Shown here piece by piece: positions 16,754 to 24,153 of a DNA stretch of 32,000 nt. Position 1 is the first letter of the stretch, and each line of letters starts with the position of its first letter. The notes under the pieces are model-generated. The model saw only the letters and a list, made by a program, of their open reading frames with translations, was not told the origin of the DNA and did no database searches. The position numbers and the translations under genes were made by a program. Source of the stretch: Acaryochloris thomasi RCC1774 (GTDB lineage Bacteria; Cyanobacteriota; Cyanobacteriia; Thermosynechococcales; Thermosynechococcaceae); the NCBI RefSeq assembly GCF_003231495.1, contig NZ_PQWO01000027.1, positions 1 to 32,000 of the forward strand, given 5' to 3'.

Positions 16754-17818
16754 TCAAAATGGCAGCAACAACTGCATTCCCTTTGGCTTTCTGGCGGTAT
16801 CGGGTATCGGCTCCGGCACTTCTGCTGTTACAGAGCAATAGCGCTGATAACTACAGCGATCGCACTGTTCTCCTTTCTTCGGTCGCCATTCATCCTCTTT
16901 CTGTAGACTAACCGCTAGTTTTTCGATGAGTCGCTTTGACTCTTTTCGGTGCTCTGGAGTGACTTCATAGGTGACTTTCTCACCCGTCCGTAGGTAGATG
17001 AGACTGAGCTTGTGGAGAGCCTGCTGATAAGCCTGTTTGAGAAGTAAATCGTAGAGGCCCAACTGAATATCTACAGCATCCGGTGGGCTAACCAATTTTG
17101 TGGTCTTATAACCTACATTCCGCAGGTTAGTGAATTCTTGTAAGCCTTTTCCAGTAAAGGCTTTGAGCTTTATCCCGAAATTCAAGAATACCTCCCTCAG
17201 AGCGTTGAGATACAGGTGGCCGATTAACCTGTATTGCTTTTCCAATCTGGCTTCTAGAGAGTCTGTGATCTGTTTTTTCAGGTGATGCAACCTGGATTGA
17301 TGGAACAGAGCCGATTCTTGATAGGCCCTGTAACCCTTCTCTAGTATGGCTCCTAGAAAAGTGTACTACCTGCGGAATGTAGGTTATAATCAATCAGCTC
17401 TAATCCATCATCGACATAATCCAGACGATCGTATTGGCCCCGAATGACAAACTCGTAGTAGCCAACTCGAAAAGACCCCTTGATTGACTGCTCTACTCCA
17501 AGGGGTTTTCTCATCATCGGCATTGGCTCTACGTATCTCTCGTAGTACTCCTGCAGCATCCGCCAGCCGTCGTTTACTTGATTTGCCCAGGTCAACAGTG
17601 TGCGATTGCCAACACTGTGAGAACCACTCTAGGTTGGGGATGGGGTATGCATAGTTCCACTGCTCGTAGATATCTTTGAGTGCTGCGTGAACAGCTTTAC
17701 CCAGTGCAGGAGAACCAAAGACAGACTGTTCCTTCAATCCTCGTTCATAGCGGAAGTAGTAGGACTGGGGGCAGCTTTTGTATAGCTTTAGCCGAGTTGC
17801 TGAGATGGGGTAAGCCAT
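16754..17818 (-). pseudogene. PD-(D/E)XK (Cas4/RecB-like, Fe-S cluster) nuclease gene, disrupted by a frameshift and a MITE
   Basis: Three ORF pieces. The N-terminus has LYKSCPQSYYF (first Cys). The middle has GQYDRLDYVDDGLELIDY. The C-terminus has CDRCSYQRYC. The frame changes near 17590. The 17112-17383 insertion splits ELIDY|KTTK. Confidence 0.75.
17112..17383. mobile_element. 272-bp MITE with 15-bp perfect TIRs and a palindromic TTATAA target duplication
   Basis: CCTACATTCCGCAGG (17112-17126) and CCTGCGGAATGTAGG (17369-17383) are perfect reverse complements. They are flanked by TTATAA at 17106-17111 and 17384-17389. Removing the element plus one TTATAA joins the two ORF pieces in frame. 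Confidence 0.75.
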
Positions 17819-17844
17819 AGACGATTTTCGGTTCGGAGATCAGC

Positions 17845-18828
17845 CTAAGCACTAGATTCTGATTCAAGAATTAGTGATTCTAGTTGGTTTGTTAGCGATT
17901 CTACTTTCCTTCTTATTCTCTTGTCCTTCAGCAATTTTGGGCTAGTTGCCTTCTTGAGAATAGATCGTGCACGATCGCGCAGCACTACACTGTTATTGTT
18001 GGCGTTGTTTTTTGTGGAGGTGATGATTAGATTCTGAATCTCTTTGACCGTAAGCTTTTCATCAACTGCACTTTTGAGCAGAGCCTTACGTTCTGCCTCA
18101 TTTTTAACTCTGGCGATACGGATCGCTTTGGTGTACGACAGCTTTCCTGCCTCCAGAAAAGCAATTACATCATTTGGTAGGTTGATAAGCTGAAGCTTGT
18201 TTGCTACGAATGACTTCCAGTTCAATCCCAACTCCTCAAATACTGAGATGATGAATTCTCTCTGCTTGGCAGTGATAATAACGTTATTGTCACCACCTCG
18301 ATTCTCTGCATTAAATAATGAAGTGAGGGCATGAGCGACTTCATCGGTGTCCTTGTCTAAACCGACGGACAGTAACTGAATAATTCCGCGAGTACGTTCG
18401 AAAGGATTGATGTCTGAACGGGCTTCATTTTCGATAATTGCTATCTTTAGGGCTGTAAAGTCATCTACTTCATCAACTTTTACAGGGACAGTAGTAAGCC
18501 CTAGTTCTGCTGCCGCTAATCGTCTTTGCGAGCCAGCAATCAACTCAAAATGGTCTGAGGCTTCACTTGTTGGTCTTAAAAGCAGTGGTTCTTTTATCCC
18601 TACTGCTTGAATTGTTGCCTTAATTTGTTCAATTTTGATGCGGTCATAGTAGAGCCTGAGTTGGAAATCAGGTAGAAGAATTTTCTCTAATTCTATTTCA
18701 AGAGTAGGGGACTGGCTCCATGCCGGTAGCCCGTCACGATTTAGAAAGCCATCGTTGAGGACAAAATTTTCTAAGGCTTCCTCCGTATGTTTTTCTCTTT
18801 GCAACGTTAACGAACGACGCTTAGCCAT
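17845..18828 (-). CDS. parB: ParB/Spo0J-like partition protein
   Basis: ParB N-terminal box IKEPLLLRP...FELIAGSQRRLAAAELGL..VPV, plus an HTH-like middle region. I prefer the ATG at 18828 (ATGGCTAA, an 8-nt overlap with the parA stop) over the track start at 18885, which would overlap parA by 65 nt. Confidence 0.85.
   Translation of the reverse strand: MAKRRSLTLQREKHTEEALENFVLNDGFLNRDGLPAWSQSPTLEIELEKILLPDFQLRLYYDRIKIEQIKATIQAVGIKEPLLLRPTSEASDHFELIAGSQRRLAAAELGLTTVPVKVDEVDDFTALKIAIIENEARSDINPFERTRGIIQLLSVGLDKDTDEVAHALTSLFNAENRGGDNNVIITAKQREFIISVFEELGLNWKSFVANKLQLINLPNDVIAFLEAGKLSYTKAIRIARVKNEAERKALLKSAVDEKLTVKEIQNLIITSTKNNANNNSVVLRDRARSILKKATSPKLLKDKRIRRKVESLTNQLESLILESESSA
18272..18293. promoter_or_regulatory. 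second copy of the candidate parS motif, inside the parB coding sequence
   Basis: GTGATAATAACGTTATTGTCAC is 20/22 palindromic with a perfect 12-bp core AATAACGTTATT. It shares an exact 15-mer with the site at 19636-19650. Confidence 0.45.
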
Positions 18829-19591
18829 TGATGATCTCCGTAATCTCTTCAAAAAGCTGACAGTACTCATTACGAGCGATTTCAATCGACGTGAGTTTTT
18901 TGACTTTCTTCACGCCTCTTTTCTTACGGCTTTTCTCTAAACGTTGGGATTCTCTCAGTGCAGTAGTTCTTTGCCCCGGAACGTCCATGATGCACGTCCG
19001 ATGATAGATGACTGTATCAAGTGGAAACACATGCTGTCTTACCTTATTGTCTTCATCTGTTGCTTCAAGGGCTTCGCGTAGGAGGATAGTGCCCTCTTGC
19101 GCCCGATTGAAAAACATGACTGCTTTTGGCAATCCACCCCGGATGTCTTGAGCAACTTCAACCATCTCGATAGTGTCATCATTGCTATCCAAGTCAAGCT
19201 GGGAAGTTTGGCAGGGGATAACTACGATATCGCATCGGCTCAAGATGGCTCTTGAGACTTCCTCCATGCTGCCTGGAGCATCAACGATCACGTAATCGTA
19301 CTGCTGTTTGACATTCGGAAGTTCTCTAAGAAGTGTTCTTGCATCACCCATAACAGAGCACTGAATGTCTGCGCTAATAGCAGAGAGCCATCTCGAACTG
19401 CTTCTCTGGGCATCTGCATCTACAAATCCTACGGAACCAAACTGTTCAAACCAGTCCCTAGCATGTGCAGCTGTTGTTGTCTTTCCTACACCTCCCTTCT
19501 GACTGAGAAAGGCAATGACGATCTTTTTGGTAGGTGGAGTAAACTTCTTTCGTCTGGGAGCACGAGGCTTCTCTCGTGTGGCAGTAGCCAT
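18821..19591 (-). CDS. parA: ParA-family partition ATPase
   Basis: Deviant Walker A (SQKGGVGKTT), Walker A' (FVDAD) and Walker B (YVIVDAPG). Followed by parB. Confidence 0.9.
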   Translation of the reverse strand: MATATREKPRAPRRKKFTPPTKKIVIAFLSQKGGVGKTTTAAHARDWFEQFGSVGFVDADAQRSSSRWLSAISADIQCSVMGDARTLLRELPNVKQQYDYVIVDAPGSMEEVSRAILSRCDIVVIPCQTSQLDLDSNDDTIEMVEVAQDIRGGLPKAVMFFNRAQEGTILLREALEATDEDNKVRQHVFPLDTVIYHRTCIMDVPGQRTTALRESQRLEKSRKKRGVKKVKKLTSIEIARNEYCQLFEEITEIING

Positions 19592-19635
19592 TCAGGCACC
19601 TCAATGTAATTCTAAAACTATATAAATCCTGCCAG

Positions 19636-19652
19636 GATAATAACGTTATTAT
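19636..19652. promoter_or_regulatory. 16-bp perfect palindrome upstream of parA, candidate parS or operator
   Basis: ATAATAACGTTATTAT at 19637-19652, 45 bp upstream of the parA ATG. It is nested in a CAGGATA...TATCCTG outer IR (19633-19672). The 15-mer GATAATAACGTTATT recurs at 18274-18288. Confidence 0.5.
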
Positions 19653-19676
19653 CAATTTTGTCAAGATATCCTGAAT

Positions 19677-19877
19677 CTAAATGAAGCAATTTATCTTGTT
19701 GTTACTTGATCCCATCGGTCTACTGCAGGTTCTGTAGTACTTCTCATTCCACCTCGCCGAACACTCATCCAACTCCGAGATCGCCTCAATCTGCCAGAGT
19801 ATGTCAGCGAAGGTCATAGGGATCTTGCTCTTGTCGCTATCGGAAAGGGTGAGCACATAATCCTTACGAATACTCAA
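19677..19877 (-). CDS. small protein paralogous to an internal module of the upstream recombinase
   Basis: 66-aa ORF whose ATG overlaps the recombinase stop by 14 nt. DYVLTLSDSDKSKIPMTFADILWQIEAISELDECSARW aligns with recombinase aa 509-548, EYLLTLTYHEKDEISQIIGDMFWRMEMIAELDNCKVNCEW, with about 15 identities. Confidence 0.5.
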   Translation of the reverse strand: MSIRKDYVLTLSDSDKSKIPMTFADILWQIEAISELDECSARWNEKYYRTCSRPMGSSNNKINCFI

Positions 19878-22074
19878 GCTCCCTTAGGGCTTGATTCACC
19901 TCTTGTAGGTCAAAGGCTTTCGGGTCAAACTCGCTCCCAACCCATTCTTTCCGTTCCCTGTGATCACTATGTCGGGGATTTTTCAGCACCTTCAACAAAT
20001 GGGCATACCCCCAGTCCCCGCCACAGTCTTCCGGTGGACAAGCCTGCTTTCCGGCCAGACACACTGGATAGGTTTTCTCAGGCTCACTTGCTAGCCTTTT
20101 TTCTACCTCGATTTCGTGCTGCCACATATCACCAAGGTTGTATAGGTAGGAGAATGAAAACAACTCATTCCCAATTAACTCCGCTAAGGTAAGAGTCTCA
20201 TCCTCCTCGTCCTCATTGACCGAGAACTTGTGAAGATGGTAGCCCTCCCACCCCATCGCAGCTTGTACCACTGGATGAAGTTGGGCCAGCGTCATGACCT
20301 CTGACACTTGAAGCCGCCGCCAGACCTTAGGCTGGACTCCCAAAAGCGTAATTTTCAATTGATAGACGCTGGTTACATGGACTGCATCTAAAGAATCTTC
20401 TACAGCCGTAATTTTTGGACAGTCTAGCGGTTCCTCAGTAGAGGCCAGCTCCAGTACTTGATCCACCATCTCCCACTCACAATTCACTTTGCAATTATCC
20501 AGCTCTGCGATCATCTCCATCCGCCAGAACATATCACCAATAATTTGCGATATTTCATCCTTCTCGTGATAGGTCAGAGTTAGCAAGTACTCATTACCCC
20601 GAGGTTTCGTCTTCTGGCCTTGAACATCGCTGAACACCTGCCGCTCAATCTCCTTGCGGACCTTCGATTTTTTACGGCCTTCGACCCAGAGCTTGAAGCG
20701 CACCTGGGCCTGATGCTCAACGGCGGTGTCCCCATACCTTAAAGGCATCTGTAGCTTAAGCCCAGACTCCAGATCAACTAGTGCAGTCTCAGGAGAATTA
20801 ACCTCTTCCCTCTCCTGAGACTGTATATCTGGCGATTGTCCTTCTTCAGCAACCTTCACACCAAACATTTCCGGCATACCGTAGGCCAGCTCAAGCATTT
20901 GCTCCAGCGCCTCAATGTTCTCCTGCCAAAGCTCTGCGAAAGTAATGTCCCCATCATCAAACTCCACTTGGCCCAACGGTTCCTTTCCTGTCAACTGCAC
21001 CAATCCCCCCAGCAGCTTCCGCTGCTTCCTATCTAAAGACTTTGCATACACCAACTCCTTAGACTCTTCAATGGAGCGGTAATACGCCTCCACCGCAGCT
21101 TCCTGCTCCGCCCCCATCGTGTAGCGCCGAAACGATCTCTCGTCCGTGTGCCCCGTCAACCGCATCGCATGGGCCGGGTCCATGCCCTTCCGCAGCATCT
21201 CAGAAGCCCCCGTGTGCCGCAGCCGGTGGGGATGAATATCAGGAACCCCCGAGATCTCCCCAATCGCCTCCACCATCTGATAGACCCCCTGGTAGGACAA
21301 TCGCTGGCCGCCCCACCCGCGATGCTGAGAGAGAAACAGAGGAAAGTCAGGCTGCAGCTCCTCTCCCTGGTCTCGCCGCCAGTCTAAATACTCCGCTACC
21401 GCCTTCTGGCCCGCAGGGCTGAGGGGCACCAAGCGAGGCTGTTTATTCTTCGATATCGGAATCGAGATCAGACGCCCATCAAACGATCCGACATTGGTGG
21501 CCACCACCTCTCCGGATCGCATCCCACTGGCCAGCAAGTGCAGCAATGCCAGATCTCTCACTTGAGTACGCCCCCGCTGGACCACCGCCGCCCACACCTT
21601 CTCCATATTCTCAGCCGAGATATCCTGTGGCATCGGCACCGGCAACCGCTCGAATTTGACCCCCTCAGTCGGGTTCTCCGGGCACAGCTCAGGATGAAAC
21701 GTATTCAACCACCGAAAGAACGACTTGAGGGCCGTCAAAGCCGCATTGACGCTGCTCTTCGAGAGCGTTTTCCCCGGCTTAACCTCATGCTCCATCAAAT
21801 AGGCTTTGTACTGCCCCAACTGCCGGAGCTTCAGCTCAGACCAAGCAGAGTGGGTCCAGCCCAAAAAACGCTTCAATTCACGCTCATAGAGCTTCCGAGA
21901 GTTGGCTGCTAGATTGCTCGCTCTCAGAAACTCCTGCACCACCGGCCAGCGGATATCAGCAGGGGTCTCAATTTGCCGGGGCCGTCCCTGCCGTTGCCTC
22001 GATTCGGGCCTCTCCTCCGCCACCGGGATGGCCACCACCATTACTGGGGGAATTGACTTCGGAGCGATCGCCAT
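19864..22074 (-). CDS. tyrosine recombinase/integrase fused to a C-terminal PRiA4_ORF3 (plasmid pRiA4b ORF-3-like) domain
   Basis: SAM-like N-domain (track aa 60-140). Catalytic R200 (GMRSGE), H297xxR300 (HPHRLRHTGAS), H323 (LTGH) and Y332 (FRRY). The C-terminus has YQLKITLLGVQPKVWRRLQV...LAQLH.VVQAAMGWEGYHLHKF and PVCLAGKQACPPEDCGGDWGY...FDP.AFDL, the PRiA4_ORF3 hallmarks. The track start at 22116 is TTG. I prefer the ATG at 22074, which has GAGG 8 nt upstream. Confidence 0.9.
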   Translation of the reverse strand: MAIAPKSIPPVMVVAIPVAEERPESRQRQGRPRQIETPADIRWPVVQEFLRASNLAANSRKLYERELKRFLGWTHSAWSELKLRQLGQYKAYLMEHEVKPGKTLSKSSVNAALTALKSFFRWLNTFHPELCPENPTEGVKFERLPVPMPQDISAENMEKVWAAVVQRGRTQVRDLALLHLLASGMRSGEVVATNVGSFDGRLISIPISKNKQPRLVPLSPAGQKAVAEYLDWRRDQGEELQPDFPLFLSQHRGWGGQRLSYQGVYQMVEAIGEISGVPDIHPHRLRHTGASEMLRKGMDPAHAMRLTGHTDERSFRRYTMGAEQEAAVEAYYRSIEESKELVYAKSLDRKQRKLLGGLVQLTGKEPLGQVEFDDGDITFAELWQENIEALEQMLELAYGMPEMFGVKVAEEGQSPDIQSQEREEVNSPETALVDLESGLKLQMPLRYGDTAVEHQAQVRFKLWVEGRKKSKVRKEIERQVFSDVQGQKTKPRGNEYLLTLTYHEKDEISQIIGDMFWRMEMIAELDNCKVNCEWEMVDQVLELASTEEPLDCPKITAVEDSLDAVHVTSVYQLKITLLGVQPKVWRRLQVSEVMTLAQLHPVVQAAMGWEGYHLHKFSVNEDEEDETLTLAELIGNELFSFSYLYNLGDMWQHEIEVEKRLASEPEKTYPVCLAGKQACPPEDCGGDWGYAHLLKVLKNPRHSDHRERKEWVGSEFDPKAFDLQEVNQALRELEYS

Positions 22075-22217
22075 CTCGTTACCTCGCGGACCTTCTATAA
22101 TAGTGGCATATTTCAATAATAAATATTGGGCTAATATCTTAGCTATGACTAAACTATGACGAATAAGAGATGGTAAGATGATCTGAGAATCTAAAATCTA
22201 AGCAGCGAGAGGATTCG

Positions 22218-22433
22218 ATGCCCAAGAAGATTCGAGAGATCAAGGCTATGCTCAAGGAGGCTGGCTTCATTGTCCGGTCGGGAAAAGGGTCACACAATAA
22301 CTGGAAGCATCCCCGGTTGCCCCAGGTGATCACGGTGGCTCGTAAGGATGGAGCCGATGCCCCCCGCTATCTGGAACGAAAGGTTTCTCAAGCCCTGCAG
22401 CAGTTGAAGGAGTTACCCGATGACGCAGACTAA
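22218..22433 (+). CDS. hicA: HicA-family type II toxin (mRNA interferase)
   Basis: K.REI.A.L.EAGF...SGKGSHNNWKHP pattern, 71 aa, GAGG RBS. Overlaps the downstream hicB by 14 nt. Confidence 0.85.
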   Translation: MPKKIREIKAMLKEAGFIVRSGKGSHNNWKHPRLPQVITVARKDGADAPRYLERKVSQALQQLKELPDDAD

Positions 22434-22641
22434 GTATCGAATGATCATTGAATGGTCAGATGAGGATTCTTGCTTTGTGGTGTCTCTGCCGGACTTTGAG
22501 CGGGTGACGCAGCCGGTGACGGATGGCACCACCTATGAAGCGGCAGCTCGGCAAGGGCAAGAAGCGATTGAGTCCTTAGTGGATTTCTATGAAGCTGAGG
22601 GGTGGACTTTGCCCGTCCCGCAGACGTTGCAGGTGGCCTAG
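22420..22641 (+). CDS. hicB: HicB-family antitoxin (short form, no obvious DNA-binding extension)
   Basis: YRMIIEWSDEDSCFVVSLPDF....TDGTTYEAA...QEAIE......EAEGWTLPVP is the HicB/UPF0150 fold signature. Gene order is hicA then hicB. Confidence 0.85.
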   Translation: MTQTKYRMIIEWSDEDSCFVVSLPDFERVTQPVTDGTTYEAAARQGQEAIESLVDFYEAEGWTLPVPQTLQVA

Positions 22642-22645
22642 GACA

Positions 22646-23128
22646 ATGGCTCGGCCCCTGGCAGAGAAATGTCGGCGGTGTGCCAAGCTGTCGGTGACTG
22701 AAGCGAAGGAGAAGGACTGCTGGGCAGGGCAAGTCTGTCATGTTCGTCGTCATGGGTACCGGAATCGCGATCGCTACAACAAGCAGAAGAAAAAGCAGTA
22801 TGCCATTGCAACCGGCAAGATCATTCCAGAGATCACGGTGGCTGTACCTGCGACTCCGGCTGCGATTCTGCATCTGTATCGAGTGAGGGTGGATGCACCC
22901 CTCCATGCGATCGCCGCTGAACTGTGGATCGGGCAACAGCAGGTTGCGAAAGTTGAACCTGTGCATTGCCTGGGGTGGACAGGAATGCAAGTGAAACAGT
23001 ATTCGCGGGAGGTACTGAAAGGCTTTTCAGGTCAGCTTGAGGATGTTGTGCTGGACCGCTTTGAAACAACGGTGGAGTTGAATCCAAACCAGTGCCCGAT
23101 CCGTCCATGTCCTCTCCACCCTGAGTAA
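22646..23128 (+). CDS. hypothetical protein with an N-terminal Cys4 zinc-ribbon-like motif and a basic tract
   Basis: The ATG at 22646 lies 5 nt after the hicB stop; the track's 22589 start would overlap hicB. CRRC-x12-C-x5-CH is followed by RRHGYRNRDRYNKQKKKQ. The C-terminus has CPIRPCP. No family recognised. Confidence 0.6.
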   Translation: MARPLAEKCRRCAKLSVTEAKEKDCWAGQVCHVRRHGYRNRDRYNKQKKKQYAIATGKIIPEITVAVPATPAAILHLYRVRVDAPLHAIAAELWIGQQQVAKVEPVHCLGWTGMQVKQYSREVLKGFSGQLEDVVLDRFETTVELNPNQCPIRPCPLHPE

Positions 23129-23133
23129 TATTA

Positions 23134-23775
23134 ATGAGTGTTATTCAGCTAGAACTCGATCTTTGGCAGCAGCTTGCCGTAGCTGAGGAATACCCTGAGC
23201 AGACTAACGTTGAGCAGTTGTGCTTAGGGTTAGATCTGATGCTGACTCAGGTGTCTCCTAAGCGGCAGTTAGAGATGGCTGGGGAAGCCTTTCTACAGAT
23301 TGCTGAAGTCTTCAATCGTCGAGCGGATATGCTGCTCAATGATTGGAAGCAGGCTCACAGTGAGGAGGGGCCGGTGCTGGACTTGGGAGAGCTAGAGGTG
23401 CTGGTCCGTCAGTCGATGGTGTTTGATCTCGATGAATTGTTCGCTGAGCCTGAGCTTGTCACTAGGCGCACTTTCCCAAAAGAGGAAGGGGACTCTGTGG
23501 TTGCGATCGTGGAGAAAGAGGTGTTGCTTCAGGAGCTGGAGTTGCAGCAGCCGGAAGAGGTATTTGCTGTGATTGAGGAGGAAAACGTGGCGGCTTGGGT
23601 GGATGCGATCGCACAACGATTGCGGGCCAGGGGAGGTAGTGACTCTGCGATCGCACTGCAGCAGCACCTAGAGTTGTCTTGGGGACGGTTATGGCTGGGA
23701 CTGCTGCTTGGTGGGTTCGAGTTGGAGAGCGATCGCTTTTACAGTCGGGAAATTGAAGTGAGCTGTGTACGTTGA
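23134..23775 (+). CDS. hypothetical acidic protein with a conserved C-terminal SWGRLWLGLLLGGFELE module
   Basis: ATG 5 nt after the previous stop. 213 aa, very E/D/L-rich. The C-terminal 57 aa are paralogous to ORF 24154-24339. Any resemblance of this tail to kleisin (ScpA-type) winged-helix C-termini is pattern-level only. Confidence 0.6.
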   Translation: MSVIQLELDLWQQLAVAEEYPEQTNVEQLCLGLDLMLTQVSPKRQLEMAGEAFLQIAEVFNRRADMLLNDWKQAHSEEGPVLDLGELEVLVRQSMVFDLDELFAEPELVTRRTFPKEEGDSVVAIVEKEVLLQELELQQPEEVFAVIEEENVAAWVDAIAQRLRARGGSDSAIALQQHLELSWGRLWLGLLLGGFELESDRFYSREIEVSCVR

Positions 23776-24152
23776 CAAATCTCAAAAAAATCGAAGCATT
23801 GCTCAATCCTCTGGATACATCATCTACCGAGTGCGATGGTATGACTCGCTTATGCCATACTGTTCTCTCCAGAGAGTCGATAGAACACAGTGTTTACATC
23901 GGTTCATGTCGGGTAGAAAGCCAGGAAATTCCGCTTCACTTCTGGATAGAGCTGCTGGGGGAACACAAGGGGTACATCGTTGATTATCGTTTAGGGATGT
24001 GGATGCGCGATGTTGTGATTCAGGTTCCTCACGGGATATTCAAGGCCGACACATTCCGTCACGTCAGTTACCAGGGTGAGGCAATCGACATTCCCTATTT
24101 GCCAGAGCCACTCTTTCAGATTTTGTCGATGAGCGCTCCGCTTATCCAGTGA
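23772..24152 (+). CDS. hypothetical protein with transglutaminase/papain-like Cys-His-Asp spacing
   Basis: The TTG start overlaps the previous stop (GTTGA). C21 is followed by a helix (ECDGMTRLCHTVLSRESIEHSVYIG), then H56 in LHFWIEL and D71 in GYIVDY. This mimics C...GIPAR.V.G...HaWvE...GW..fD of transglutaminase-like cysteine peptidases. Confidence 0.5.
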   Translation: MTNLKKIEALLNPLDTSSTECDGMTRLCHTVLSRESIEHSVYIGSCRVESQEIPLHFWIELLGEHKGYIVDYRLGMWMRDVVIQVPHGIFKADTFRHVSYQGEAIDIPYLPEPLFQILSMSAPLIQ

Positions 24153-24153
24153 T

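Noticed and set aside
17127-17393. 88-aa minus-strand ORF, and the N-terminal 60 aa of ORF 16754-17290
   Set aside because: Both lie inside the 272-bp MITE. They are read-through of element sequence rather than genes.
20836-22159. Plus-strand ORFs (66-124 aa) antisense to the recombinase gene
   Set aside because: They are shadow ORFs inside a 736-aa gene with catalytic and PRiA4_ORF3 motifs. They are R/P/L-rich with no motifs.
22445-22990. 181-aa minus-strand ORF overlapping hicB and the Zn-ribbon ORF
   Set aside because: Its composition (P/R/S/H-rich) is typical of an antisense frame. It would cut across a tightly coupled + strand operon whose hicB product has a clear family signature.
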